From: Alphaproteobacteria bacterium
Lineage (GTDB): Bacteria; Pseudomonadota; Alphaproteobacteria; UBA828
Reading direction: 5' to 3'
DNA: 64,000 nt
Assembly: GCA_965214705.1 (NCBI GenBank)
Contig: CBDCCI010000002.1
Span: 1,056,001-1,120,000, forward strand
Shown: positions 49,522 to 62,110 of the stretch, piece by piece
How positions within the stretch are numbered: the stretch's first letter is position 1
Layout: every line of letters starts with the position of its first letter
Notes under the pieces: model-generated
Told to the model about the DNA's origin: nothing
Database searches by the model: none
What the model saw: the letters and a program-made list of their open reading frames with translations, nothing else
Position numbers and translations under genes: made by a program

Positions 49522-51114
49522 TCAGTCGAACACGACCGACGGCAGCCAGGTGGTGAGCTCGGGAAACAGGCCGAGCACGGCAAGCGCGCCAAGCTGGATG
49601 ATGACGAAGGGGATGACGCCCCGGTAGATCTCACCGGTGCGCACCGTTCGCGGCGCCACCCCACGCAGGTAGAACAGCGAGAAGCCGAAGGGCGGGGTCA
49701 GGAACGAGGTCTGCAGGTTCACCGCCATCATGATGCCGAGCCAGATCGGGTTGATGTCCATCTGCAGCAGCACCGGCGCGATGATCGGCACCACCACGAA
49801 GGTGATCTCGATAAAGTCGAGGAAGAAGCCCAGCGCGAACATGATCAGCATGACCACGAGCATCGCGCCGATGACGCCGCCGGGAACGTTCGAGAGCGCC
49901 TGGTGAACCATCTCGTCGCCGCCGAGGCCGCGGAACACCAGCGAGAACATGGCGGCGCCTATCAGGATGACGAAGACCATGGCGCTGATCTGCATGGTCG
50001 AGCGCATGACCGGCACGAGCACGCCGGCGCGCCAGACCCGCCAGAGGCTCGTCCAGATCCCGTAGACGAGAAGCCCGCAGCAAATGAAGGCGACGACGGC
50101 CGGCGCACCGATGCCGGCCCGCGTGATTACGAGGTCGAACTGCCCGGCGAGGATCATCATCAGGATCAAGGCGCCGCCCGCGAGATAGAGCGGGGCGCCG
50201 CCGATGCTGCGCTCGAGCCTGGTGCCGCCTTCCGGCGCGAGCCGGGCGCCCGCGAGGATCAGCGAGCCCACGGCGCCCACCGCGGCAGCCTCGGTCGGGG
50301 TCGCGATGCCGCCAAGGATGGAACCCAGAACCGCGATGATGAGCACGATCGGCGGCACCAGCGCGCGGCCGGTGCGCCGCCACACCTCGCGCCAGTCTCC
50401 GCCCAGCTCGCCGCGCGGAATCGCCGGGGCCGCTGCCGGCCTTAGCCAGGCGACGACCATCAGATAGAGCATGTAGAGCCCGACCAGCACCATGCCGGGC
50501 AGCAGGGCGCCGGCGAAGAGGTCGCCCACCGAGACCGGCTCCGGCGACCAGTTGCCGATGGCGCGCTGGGCATCGACGTAGGCGTTGGAGATCTGCTCCC
50601 CGAGGATCACCAGAACGATGGAGGGCGGGATGATCTGGCCCAAGGTGCCGGAGGCGCAGATCGTCCCGGTCGCGAGCTTGGGGTCGTAGCCGCGCCTGAG
50701 CATCGTCGGCAGCGAGAGCAGGCCCATGGTCACGACCGTGGCGCCCACGATCCCGGTGGAGGCGGCGAGCAGCGCGCCGACGGCAATTACCGAGAGCCCG
50801 ATGCCGCCGCGAAGGCCGCCGAAGAGCCGCCCCATGGCCTCCAACAGCTCTTCCGCCACCTTCGAGCGTTCCAGCATCACGCCCATGAAGATGAAGAGCG
50901 GCACGGCGATCAGCACCTCGTTCCACATCGCGTTGCCGAAGATGCGCTGCGGCATGGCGCGCAAGAAGCTGATGTCGAAGACGCCGAAGGCGTAGGAGAA
51001 GAGCCCGAACAGCGCGGCCACGCCCGAGAGCGTGAAGGCGACCGGGAAGCCGGCCAGAAGGCAGGCGAAGGTCGTCACGAACATGACGATGACCAGGACT
51101 TCGCCGATGGGCAT
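49522..51114 (-). CDS. dctM: TRAP transporter large permease (DctM)
   Basis: GFPVAFTL, AVPLF, ASTGIVGA, GTLGQIIPPS, ATPTEAAAVG, SFLTPPFG. Confidence 0.93.
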   Translation of the reverse strand: MPIGEVLVIVMFVTTFACLLAGFPVAFTLSGVAALFGLFSYAFGVFDISFLRAMPQRIFGNAMWNEVLIAVPLFIFMGVMLERSKVAEELLEAMGRLFGGLRGGIGLSVIAVGALLAASTGIVGATVVTMGLLSLPTMLRRGYDPKLATGTICASGTLGQIIPPSIVLVILGEQISNAYVDAQRAIGNWSPEPVSVGDLFAGALLPGMVLVGLYMLYLMVVAWLRPAAAPAIPRGELGGDWREVWRRTGRALVPPIVLIIAVLGSILGGIATPTEAAAVGAVGSLILAGARLAPEGGTRLERSIGGAPLYLAGGALILMMILAGQFDLVITRAGIGAPAVVAFICCGLLVYGIWTSLWRVWRAGVLVPVMRSTMQISAMVFVILIGAAMFSLVFRGLGGDEMVHQALSNVPGGVIGAMLVVMLIMFALGFFLDFIEITFVVVPIIAPVLLQMDINPIWLGIMMAVNLQTSFLTPPFGFSLFYLRGVAPRTVRTGEIYRGVIPFVIIQLGALAVLGLFPELTTWLPSVVFD

Positions 51115-51120
51115 GGCGTA

Positions 51121-51684
51121 TCAGGCGGTCCCGCCGCCGGCTTCTGCGATGTCGTCGTGGCTTGCCTGGCGGCCGGCAAGAGTCAGCAACGCGTGAAACG
51201 CGAGGGAGAGTCCCTGAAAGGCGATCAGCACAACGAACGCGAGAATCATCGACTTCAGCGTATAGATCGCCGGAATGCCGCTGGTTTCCGCCGAGCTTTC
51301 GAACACCGACCAGGACTGCTCCACATAGGGCCAGCTCGCCCAGCCGATGATCACGCAAACCGGCATCAGAAAGAGAATCACGCCCAGAAGATCGATGAGC
51401 GCGCGCCGGCGCGGGCGCGCATCGCGGTAGAAGATATCGACGCGGACGTGACCGCCGTGGAGCAGCGTGTAGCCCGCACCAACCAGAAAGAGGGTGGCGT
51501 GGAGGTAGATCACCCCCTCCTGCATCGCGATGAAGCCCCACCCGAAGATGTAGCGCATCACCACGACGACGAACTGGAGGAGCACCATGAGGAGCGCGAG
51601 CCACGACGCGACGCGGCCGACGTGCTCGTTGACCACGTCGATTGCGCGTGTGAGCGCGGCTATTACGGAGAGAGACGCCTGCAT
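51121..51684 (-). CDS. dctQ: TRAP transporter small permease (DctQ)
   Basis: Four TM segments, VVMRYIF, GHVRVDIFY. Confidence 0.92.
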   Translation of the reverse strand: MQASLSVIAALTRAIDVVNEHVGRVASWLALLMVLLQFVVVVMRYIFGWGFIAMQEGVIYLHATLFLVGAGYTLLHGGHVRVDIFYRDARPRRRALIDLLGVILFLMPVCVIIGWASWPYVEQSWSVFESSAETSGIPAIYTLKSMILAFVVLIAFQGLSLAFHALLTLAGRQASHDDIAEAGGGTA

Positions 51685-51788
51685 CTCATGTCAGCCGGCC
51701 GGCGCTCCTTTCAGGCGGCCAGCGCTCAGGCGCGGCGGCGGCCCTCATGCCCGCCTCTCCGACGCCCCGCAGCGGCGCCGGGCTATTT

Positions 51789-51834
51789 CCGTTGCGACGG
51801 CAACGGTCGGGGCGGGCTTGCACCGCCCGCCCCG
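51789..51834. other. Two adjacent stem-loops between dctP and dctQ (mRNA stabiliser or attenuator)
   Basis: CCGTTGC-GACG-GCAACGG (51789-51806) and CGGGGCGGGC-N7-GCCCGCCCCG (51808-51834), about 20 nt past the dctP stop. Confidence 0.55.
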
Positions 51835-51855
51835 AACGCACGCCTAGCCGGCGTA

Positions 51856-52959
51856 CTACGCGGTCAGAAGCCGGGCGTTCCCGTAAGCCAGCTCCGAGCG
51901 CTCGTGGTAGGGCACCGCGGTCTTGCGGAAAGCACTGAAGCTTTCGTAGACGCGCTGGGTGATGCCGCCCTCGGCGCCGACCTCGGCGACCACGTCGGCC
52001 GAATTTTCTCCGAGCGCCTTCAACATCTCGTCCGACACGCGGCGCACCTGGACGCCGTGCTCGTTGATGAGCGTGTCCAGCGCCCCGGCGTTACGCGCGT
52101 TGAACTCGGCCAGCATGGCGGCGTTGTCCGCCGCGCAGCAGCTCTCGATCAGGCTCTGGTCCGCGGCGCTGAGGCTCTCCCACACGCCACGGTTGACGCC
52201 GCAGGTCAGGACCGTGCCGGGCTCGTGGAAACCGGGCCAGTAGTAGTACTTGGTCACCTTGTAAAAGCCGAAGGCGAGGTCGTTCCACGGCCCCACCCAT
52301 TCGGTGGCGTCGATGGTGCCGGCCTCGAGCGCGGGATAGATCTCGCCGCCCGGCAGCAGCAGGGCGTTTGCGCCGATACGCCGCAGCACCTCGCCGCCGA
52401 GGCCCGGCATGCGCATCTTCAGGCCCTTGTAGTCCTCGAGCGAGTTCATCTCCTTGTTGAACCAGCCGCCCCACTGGACGCCGGTGTTGCCGGCGAGGAA
52501 GGGCTTCACGTTGAAGTCGGCGGATAGCTCGTCCCAGAGCTCCTGACCTCCGGCGTGGTAGATCCAGGCATTGACCTCGTCCGCGGTGAGCCCGAAGGGC
52601 ACGGTGGCGAAGAAGTTGAAGGCCTTGGACTTGCCCTGCCAGTAGTACTCGGCGGAGTGGTACATGTCCGCAGCACCCTCCGAGACCGCATCGAAGCAGC
52701 CGAGCGGCGGCACCAGTTCGCCGCCGCCATAGTGCTTGACCTCGATCCGCCCCTCGGTCGCATTCGTGATGCGGTCGGCGAGCCGCTGCGCGCCGGTGCC
52801 GAGGCCGGGGAACTGCTTCGGCCACGAGGTGGCCAGCTTGAGTTGCATCTTGCCCTGCGAGATCGCGGGCGCCGGGAACGACGATGCCGCCGCCGCCACG
52901 GCGGCTCCTGCGATGGCCGTTCCCTTGAGAAGGCTGCGTCTTCCGATCTTCGTACTCAT
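51856..52959 (-). CDS. dctP: TRAP substrate-binding protein (DctP, TakP-like), Tat-exported
   Basis: RRSLLKG twin-arginine signal, FPAPAISQ, TSWP, YYWQGK, GNTGVQWGGW, KMRMPGLG, DATEWVGP, WPGFHEP. Confidence 0.92.
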   Translation of the reverse strand: MSTKIGRRSLLKGTAIAGAAVAAAASSFPAPAISQGKMQLKLATSWPKQFPGLGTGAQRLADRITNATEGRIEVKHYGGGELVPPLGCFDAVSEGAADMYHSAEYYWQGKSKAFNFFATVPFGLTADEVNAWIYHAGGQELWDELSADFNVKPFLAGNTGVQWGGWFNKEMNSLEDYKGLKMRMPGLGGEVLRRIGANALLLPGGEIYPALEAGTIDATEWVGPWNDLAFGFYKVTKYYYWPGFHEPGTVLTCGVNRGVWESLSAADQSLIESCCAADNAAMLAEFNARNAGALDTLINEHGVQVRRVSDEMLKALGENSADVVAEVGAEGGITQRVYESFSAFRKTAVPYHERSELAYGNARLLTA

Positions 52960-52988
52960 TTCCTTGGGTCTCCCTTCGATGGTTCCGG

Positions 52989-53786
52989 TCAATGGTCCGA
53001 GACGCCCTGACCGTCCGGTCGGGCGTCGAGGATGGTCCAGCCCTCCGGGCCGTGCACCTCGAGCGGGCGAAAGCGGGCCTTGTAGTCCATCTTATCGCAG
53101 CCGTCGATCCAGTAGCCGAGGTAGAGGTAGGGCAGCGCTTGCGCGCGCGCCTCTTCCACGAGCCTGAGAATCATGTAGCTGCCCGGACTGTCCTTGACCC
53201 GCGTGGGTTCGTAGAAGGAATACACTGCCGAGAGTCCGTCGGCGACGACATCGAACACGCAGACGCCGTAGAGCCGCCCGCCGGGGCTGCGGAACTCGGC
53301 GAGGCGGGTCTCGACCGCGCTTTCCTCTACCAGAGCGCCGTAACCCTCGCGCCCCATCGCCGTCATCGTGCCGTCAGGGTGTCGCGCCGCCAGATAGCGC
53401 CTGAACAGGGTGTAGTGATCGGGCCGCGCCAGCGCTGGCAGCACGTTGAGCGTGATTCCCGCATTGCGCGCGACGACCCGGCGGAGCGAGCGGCTCGGCA
53501 CGAACGCATCGGCACGGACCCGTGCGGAAACACAGGCCCGGCAGCCGGGGCAGGCGGGGCGGTAGGCGGCCAGGTGGCTGCGGCGGAAGCCTCCGCGCAG
53601 CATCTCGTCGTAAGCGGTCTCGGCGCGGGAGCCCGCAAGCGGGGTGACGATCGAGCGCTCCAGACGCCCCGGCAGGTAGGGGCAGGGGCGGAGCGGCGTC
53701 ACACCCAGAAACTTGAGACCGTCGCCATGCGGCGCGCGCGTCCGCGCCGGGTGCTGGCTCACGAGCGGGCGATTTTCGCTGGTCAT
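52989..53786 (-). CDS. bpt: Arginyl-tRNA--protein transferase family (Ate/Bpt, aspartate/glutamate leucyltransferase)
   Basis: PCPYLPGRLER, GFRRS...YRPAC..C..C, RH.DG.M, DGLSAVYSFY, YLGYWI..C.KMDYK.RF.P.E. Confidence 0.9.
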   Translation of the reverse strand: MTSENRPLVSQHPARTRAPHGDGLKFLGVTPLRPCPYLPGRLERSIVTPLAGSRAETAYDEMLRGGFRRSHLAAYRPACPGCRACVSARVRADAFVPSRSLRRVVARNAGITLNVLPALARPDHYTLFRRYLAARHPDGTMTAMGREGYGALVEESAVETRLAEFRSPGGRLYGVCVFDVVADGLSAVYSFYEPTRVKDSPGSYMILRLVEEARAQALPYLYLGYWIDGCDKMDYKARFRPLEVHGPEGWTILDARPDGQGVSDH

Positions 53787-53868
53787 CGGCTTGATTATAG
53801 GGCCGCGCCGCGGTTCGCCAAGGAGTCGGTTACGCTTTGCCTCTCGCACGCGATGTGTTTGGTCGACC

Positions 53869-54130
53869 TGGTACACAGTTGTTCGGTTCGTGATTGTCCC
53901 TGGGAATAGTGCCTCACATGTACCAGACACCGCTGCACAAGGAGCACGCACTAACCGCGATAGTCTATGCCACGAAATTTCCTATAGCAATATTTTTTGC
54001 TAATTTTACAAAATTTACAAAGTCCACTCTTGTGCTGGGAAGCGGGAAGTCCAGAGTTGCCTTCGACCGCATGACCACTTCCCCACAGGCCAACAACAGC
54101 AACCGAAGCGGTCAACTCATCTGGTACACA
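53869..54130. other. Candidate chromosomal replication origin (oriC-like)
   Basis: DnaA-like boxes TGGTACACA (twice), TTCCCCACA and weaker ones; ATGACCACT-TCCCCACA-GGCC-AAC AAC AGC AAC element; 47-bp tract about 83% AT. Confidence 0.45.
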
Positions 54131-54178
54131 AACCGGTCAGTTCAGATTGTTCTCGACAGACCCGGTGAGGATTCCGGG

Positions 54179-55441
54179 CTAAATCGCCCGCCAGCCGATG
54201 TCCCGGCGGCAAAATCCCTCGGGCCAGTCGATGCGCCCGACGGCCTCGTAGGCGCAGCTCTGGGCCGCAGTGACGTCGGCGCCCAGCGCCGTCACGCCGA
54301 GCACGCGCCCGCCTGCGGCGACGACGCCGACATCGGTGCGCGCCGTCCCCGCGTGGAACACCATGACATCGTCGAGGTCTTCTGCGGCGTCGATCCCGCG
54401 GATCGCGCTGCCCTTCTCGTAGGCGCCCGGATAGCCTTGCGTGGCGAGCACCACGCAAAGCGCCGCCTCCTCGCGCCAGCGCAGGTCGAATTCCTTGAGC
54501 TCGCCATCGTGCGCCGCGATCAGCGCGGCCAGCAGGTCGGACTTGAGCCGGGGCATGAGCACCTGGCACTCGGGGTCGCCGAAGCGGGCGTTGACCTCCA
54601 GGAGCTTCGGCCCGTCGGCGGTGAGCATCAGCCCGGCGTAGAAGACGCCGGTATAGGGGCTGCCCTCCGCCGCGAGACCCCGCACGAGCGGCTCGACGAT
54701 GCCGGTCCGCGCCTCCTCGCAGAGCGCAGGCGTCATCGCGGGCGCCGGCGAATAGGCGCCCATGCCCCCGGTGTTGGCCCCGGTGTCCCCCTCGCCCACC
54801 GCCTTGTGGTCTTGCGCCGTCTCCAGCGGGAGCACGGTCTCGCCGTCGACCAGGGCGAAGTAGCTCGCCTCCTCGCCCTCCAGCATCTCCTCGATCACGA
54901 GCGCGGTGCCGGCCTCGCCGAAGGCGCCGGCCAGCGCGGCTCGCGCCGCATCGAGGGCTTCGGCCTCGGTCTCCGCCAGCACGACACCCTTGCCGGCGGC
55001 GAGTCCGTCCGCCTTGACCACGAGCGGTGCGCCCAGCTTGGCGATAAAGGCCTCGGCGTCCGCGAGCGAGCCGATTCGCTTGTAGGCGGCGGTCGGCACG
55101 CCGTGGCGGGCACAGAGGTCCTTCATGAAGCCCTTGGAGCCCTCGATCCGCGCGGCGGCGGCGCGCGGGCCGAAGGCGGCGATGCCTTCGGCCTCCAGCC
55201 GGTCGACGAGGCCGGCGCAGAGCGGCGCCTCCGGCCCCACCACGACCAGATCGATCGCCTGCTCGCGGCAAAACGCCGCCAGCCCGTCGAAATCCATGGG
55301 ATCGAGCGCAACGCAGGTCGCCTCGTTCTCGATTCCCGCGTTTCCCGGCGCGCACCAGAGCCCTCCCAGCAGCGGCGATGCCGCGAGCTGCCAGCAGAGG
55401 GCATGCTCGCGGCCGCCCGAGCCCACGACCAAGACGTTCAT
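54179..55441 (-). CDS. purD: Phosphoribosylamine--glycine ligase
   Basis: MNVLVVGSGGREHAL, VGPEAPL, KADGLAAGKGV, QDHK, NTGGMGAYSP, EVNARFGDPE, GGRVL. Confidence 0.97.
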   Translation of the reverse strand: MNVLVVGSGGREHALCWQLAASPLLGGLWCAPGNAGIENEATCVALDPMDFDGLAAFCREQAIDLVVVGPEAPLCAGLVDRLEAEGIAAFGPRAAAARIEGSKGFMKDLCARHGVPTAAYKRIGSLADAEAFIAKLGAPLVVKADGLAAGKGVVLAETEAEALDAARAALAGAFGEAGTALVIEEMLEGEEASYFALVDGETVLPLETAQDHKAVGEGDTGANTGGMGAYSPAPAMTPALCEEARTGIVEPLVRGLAAEGSPYTGVFYAGLMLTADGPKLLEVNARFGDPECQVLMPRLKSDLLAALIAAHDGELKEFDLRWREEAALCVVLATQGYPGAYEKGSAIRGIDAAEDLDDVMVFHAGTARTDVGVVAAGGRVLGVTALGADVTAAQSCAYEAVGRIDWPEGFCRRDIGWRAI

Positions 55442-55548
55442 TTGGGTCTCTCCGCACCCGCAAATCGCGGCGTTACGATACACTCTCGGGCTCCCTACGG
55501 CCCGCGATTCTCTCCCGGAATTTCTTGGAATTTGGCCATTTTTGCCGC

Positions 55549-55577
55549 TTGACGGTGGATAGGCCCATCACTAGGAT
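55549..55577 (+). promoter_or_regulatory. Putative sigma70 promoter of the str/S10 cluster
   Basis: TTGACG (55549-55554), 17 nt spacer, TAGGAT (55572-55577), preceded by a T-rich tract, about 180 nt upstream of rpsL. Confidence 0.65.
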
Positions 55578-55755
55578 GCGCCACCCTCTTGCCGACGAGG
55601 CTGGTCGGCGCGCCCCACGGCGCCCGCCGCCATGCCTTGTGATCGAGAGAGTTTCCGATGGGTCGGCGCAGGCCGGCGGCGGGGAAGCGGGCGGATCCCG
55701 ATTTTCCCGGTCCACCTGCACGCGCCGCACTGTCTGTTGAACCTGGAACGCCGCG

Positions 55756-56127
55756 ATGCCGACGATCAACCAACTGATTCGCAAGCCGCGTACGGCGCCT
55801 GCCGCACGAAACAAGGTGCCGGCGCTGCAGGCCTGCCCGCAGAAGCGCGGCGTGTGTACCAGGGTCTACACGACGACGCCGAAGAAGCCGAACTCGGCAC
55901 TGCGCAAGGTCGCGCGCGTACGGCTCACCAACGGATTCGAGGTGACCAGCTACATCCCCGGTGAGGGGCACAACCTTCAGGAGCACTCGGTGGTGATGAT
56001 TCGCGGCGGCCGGGTGAAGGACCTGCCGGGTGTGCGTTACCACATCATTCGCGGCTCGCTCGACACCCAGGGTATCCAGGACCGCCGCCAGCGGCGCTCC
56101 AAGTACGGCGCTAAACGGCCCAAATAA
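55756..56127 (+). CDS. rpsL: 30S ribosomal protein S12
   Basis: [10 protein letters not shown]...[11 protein letters not shown]...[11 protein letters not shown]. Confidence 0.99.
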   Translation: MPTINQLIRKPRTAPAARNKVPALQACPQKRGVCTRVYTTTPKKPNSALRKVARVRLTNGFEVTSYIPGEGHNLQEHSVVMIRGGRVKDLPGVRYHIIRGSLDTQGIQDRRQRRSKYGAKRPK

Positions 56128-56619
<492 letters not shown>

Positions 56620-56644
56620 GCGTTGGCGTTCGCGGACAAGAACA

Positions 56645-58720
<2,076 letters not shown>

Positions 58721-58766
58721 TCGCGTGACCACGACCAAGATCAAGACCTCCTGAGAGAGAGCACCG

Positions 58767-59957
58767 ATGGCCAAGGAGAAGTTTGAGCGTACGAAGCCGC
58801 ACTGCAACGTGGGCACGATTGGTCACGTTGACCATGGCAAGACGACGCTGACGGCGGCGATCACGAAGGTTCTGGGCGAGGCGGGCGGCGCTGAGTTCGT
58901 GTCGTTCGACGAGATCGACAAGGCGCCGGAGGAGCGCGAGCGCGGGATCACGATCGCGACGGCGCACGTCGAGTACGAGACGGCGAACCGCCACTACGCG
59001 CACGTGGATTGCCCAGGTCATGCGGACTACGTGAAGAACATGATCACGGGGGCCGCGCAGATGGACGGCGCGATCCTGGTGGTCTCTGCGGCGGACGGCC
59101 CGATGCCGCAGACGCGGGAGCACATCTTGCTCGCGCGTCAGGTGGGCGTGCCTGCGCTTGTCGTCTACATGAACAAGGTGGACATGGTTGACGACGAGGA
59201 GATTCTGGAGCTTGTCGAGCTTGAGGTTCGGGAGCTGTTGTCCGCATACGAGTTTCCGGGCGACGACATTCCTGTGATCCGGGGTTCTGCGCTTGCGGCG
59301 CTTGAGGGCGGCGACGCGGCGACGGGCCGAGACTCTGTTCTGGAGCTGATGGCGGCGGTTGACGATTACGTGCCGCAGCCTGAGCGTCCGAAGGACCAGC
59401 CGTTCCTGATGCCGATCGAGGACGTGTTCTCGATTTCGGGTCGTGGGACGGTTGTGACGGGCCGGATCGAGCGCGGCGTTGTGAAGGTGGGCGACGACGT
59501 CGGGATCATCGGGATCCGCGAGACGACGAAGACGGTTTGCACGGGCGTCGAGATGTTCCGGAAGCTGCTGGATCAGGGCGAGGCGGGCGACAACGTTGGC
59601 GTCCTGCTTCGGGGCACGAAGCGCGACGAGGTCGAGCGTGGCCAGGTTCTGGCGGAGCCTGGGACGATCACGCCGCACACGCGTTTCGAGGCTGAGACGT
59701 ACATCCTGACGAAGGATGAGGGCGGGCGTCACACGCCGTTTTTCTCGAACTACCGTCCGCAGTTCTACTTCCGGACGACGGACGTGACGGGGACGATCGG
59801 GTTGCCGGACGGGACCGAGATGGTGATGCCCGGCGACAACGTGACGATGCAGGTTGATCTGATTGCGCCGATTGCGATGGACGAGGGCTTGCGCTTCGCC
59901 ATCCGCGAGGGCGGGCGCACCGTCGGCGCCGGCGTCGTCGCAAAAATCGTCGAGTAG
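58767..59957 (+). CDS. tuf: Elongation factor Tu
   Basis: [39 protein letters not shown]. Confidence 0.99.
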   Translation: MAKEKFERTKPHCNVGTIGHVDHGKTTLTAAITKVLGEAGGAEFVSFDEIDKAPEERERGITIATAHVEYETANRHYAHVDCPGHADYVKNMITGAAQMDGAILVVSAADGPMPQTREHILLARQVGVPALVVYMNKVDMVDDEEILELVELEVRELLSAYEFPGDDIPVIRGSALAALEGGDAATGRDSVLELMAAVDDYVPQPERPKDQPFLMPIEDVFSISGRGTVVTGRIERGVVKVGDDVGIIGIRETTKTVCTGVEMFRKLLDQGEAGDNVGVLLRGTKRDEVERGQVLAEPGTITPHTRFEAETYILTKDEGGRHTPFFSNYRPQFYFRTTDVTGTIGLPDGTEMVMPGDNVTMQVDLIAPIAMDEGLRFAIREGGRTVGAGVVAKIVE

Positions 59958-59994
59958 ACCCAAACCGAGGCGGACAAGAGGCCGGGCACGTACG

Positions 59995-60309
<315 letters not shown>

Positions 60310-60318
60310 GAGGGCGTC

Positions 60319-61188
60319 ATGGCCGGCCAGGCGGCAGCGCGCAGGCGCACGGGCGTGATCACCGAGAAGCTCGGCATGTCCCGCGTCTTCAACGACGCCG
60401 GCGAGCATGTGCCGGTGACCGTGCTGCGCGTGGACGGTTGCCAGGTCATCGCCCAGCGGACCCGCGACGCGGGCGGCTATGTCGCGCTGCAGCTCGGCGC
60501 GGGCCGGGTCAAGGTCAAGAACACGCCGCGCGCGCTGCGCGGTCACTTCGCCAAGGCAAAGGTCGAGCCCAAGCGCCACGTGGCCGAGTTCCGGGTGAGC
60601 GAGGACGCTTTGGTGGATGTCGGCGCCACACTTGGTGCTGACCACTTCGCCGCGGGTCAGTTCGTCGATGCGGTCGGCACCTCCATCGGCAAGGGCTTCG
60701 CCGGCGGCATGAAGCGGCACAACTTCTCGGGCCTGCGCGCGAGCCACGGCGTCTCCGTCTCGCACCGCTCCCACGGCTCGACCGGCCAATGCCAGGACCC
60801 CGGCAAGGTCTTCAAGGGCAAGAAGATGGCGGGTCAGCTCGGGAACGCACGCGCGACCGTGCAGAACCTCGAGGTGGTGACGACGGATGCGGCGCGGGGC
60901 CTGATCATGGTCAAGGGCGGCGTCCCCGGCCCGAAGGGCGGCGTCGTGCTGCTCTCCGACGCGAAGAAGCGCAGCCTGCCGGACGATGTACCGTTTCCTG
61001 CAGGGCTCTTCGTACAGCCGGAACCGGAGGCGGCAGACCCTGAGCCTGAGGACGACGCTCCCGCCGCCGAGGCCGAGGACGAGACCGCTGATGATGACAG
61101 CGGCGAGCCCGCCGAGGCGCAGAAGGAGGACGGCGACGAGGCTGCCGCCGAGGACCCTGCAGAGGGTGACGAGGAGGAATCCTCGTGA
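60319..61188 (+). CDS. rplC: 50S ribosomal protein L3 with acidic C-terminal extension
   Basis: [43 protein letters not shown]. Confidence 0.98.
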   Translation: MAGQAAARRRTGVITEKLGMSRVFNDAGEHVPVTVLRVDGCQVIAQRTRDAGGYVALQLGAGRVKVKNTPRALRGHFAKAKVEPKRHVAEFRVSEDALVDVGATLGADHFAAGQFVDAVGTSIGKGFAGGMKRHNFSGLRASHGVSVSHRSHGSTGQCQDPGKVFKGKKMAGQLGNARATVQNLEVVTTDAARGLIMVKGGVPGPKGGVVLLSDAKKRSLPDDVPFPAGLFVQPEPEAADPEPEDDAPAAEAEDETADDDSGEPAEAQKEDGDEAAAEDPAEGDEEESS

Positions 61189-61805
61189 AGGTCGAGGTCA
61201 TCGACTTGAAGGCCAAGCGCGTCGGCGAAATCGAACTCGCGGACGAGGTGTTCGGCGTGCCCGTGCGGCCCGACCTGATGCAACGCACCGTGCGCTGGCA
61301 ACTCGCCAAGCGCCGCGCGGGAACGCACAAGACCAAGTCGGTGGCGGAGATCCGCGGGTCGACGCGCAAGCCCTTCAAGCAGAAGGGCACGGGCCGCGCC
61401 CGCGCAGGCTCTCGCCGCGCAGCGCACCATCGGGGCGGCGTGGCGATCTTTGGTCCCGTGCTACGCGACCACGCCCACAAGCTGCCCAAGAAGGTGCGCA
61501 AGCTCGCGCTCAAGTCCGCGCTCTCCAGCAAGCGGGCGGACGGCAAGCTCTCGATCGTGGAATCCCTCGACCTCGGCTCGGCCAAGACCAGGGTGCTGGC
61601 CAATCGTATCGCGCGCCTCGGCTGGTCGTCTGCGCTGGTTATCGACGGCGACGAGGTCGATGCCGGCTTCGCCAGGGCCGCGGGCAACCTGACTGAGATT
61701 CAGGTGCTCCCGCAGCTGGGCGCCAACGTCTACGACATCCTCCGCCGCGACCACCTGGTGCTGACCCGGAGCGCGGTGGAAAGCCTGCAAGCGAGGCTCG
61801 CATGA
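61185..61805 (+). CDS. rplD: 50S ribosomal protein L4
   Basis: [27 protein letters not shown]. Confidence 0.98.
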   Translation: MKVEVIDLKAKRVGEIELADEVFGVPVRPDLMQRTVRWQLAKRRAGTHKTKSVAEIRGSTRKPFKQKGTGRARAGSRRAAHHRGGVAIFGPVLRDHAHKLPKKVRKLALKSALSSKRADGKLSIVESLDLGSAKTRVLANRIARLGWSSALVIDGDEVDAGFARAAGNLTEIQVLPQLGANVYDILRRDHLVLTRSAVESLQARLA

Positions 61806-62107
61806 GCGTCGAGCCCAAAGAGCGTTGGTACGACACGATTCTCGGTCCAGTCGTGACCGAGAAGTCGACTCAGGGCTCGATGTACAATCAGGTCACCTTC
61901 AAGGTGCGCACCGACGCGACCAAGCCTCAGATCAAGGAAGCCGTGGAAGGGCTGTTCGAGGTCAAGGTGAGGAAGGTCAACACCAGCATGGTCAAGGGCA
62001 AGGTCAAGCGCGGCCCTCGCGGCCGGCTGGGCAAGCGTTCGGATTGGAAGAAGGCGACGGTTTCGCTCGGCGAAGGCGATACCATCGACGTGATGACCGG
62101 GCTCTAG
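61802..62107 (+). CDS. rplW: 50S ribosomal protein L23
   Basis: [24 protein letters not shown]. Confidence 0.98.
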   Translation: MSVEPKERWYDTILGPVVTEKSTQGSMYNQVTFKVRTDATKPQIKEAVEGLFEVKVRKVNTSMVKGKVKRGPRGRLGKRSDWKKATVSLGEGDTIDVMTGL

Positions 62108-62110
62108 GCG

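Noticed and set aside
51187-51200. GCAACGCGTGAAAC as a parS site near the candidate origin
   Set aside because: Only one half matches GTTTCACGTGAAAC and it lies inside dctQ.
54022-54062. CCACT...CTGGGAAG...AAGTCCAGAGTTGCC resembling the 3' part of a cobalamin riboswitch
   Set aside because: The 5' core (GGGAA..GGTG.AA.TCC, GCCCCCGCAACTGT) is missing, the B12 box is poor, and no plus-strand gene follows.
53894-55552. 552-aa plus-strand ORF spanning the AT-rich gap and purD
   Set aside because: Mostly the antisense shadow of purD; no recognisable domain or SD.
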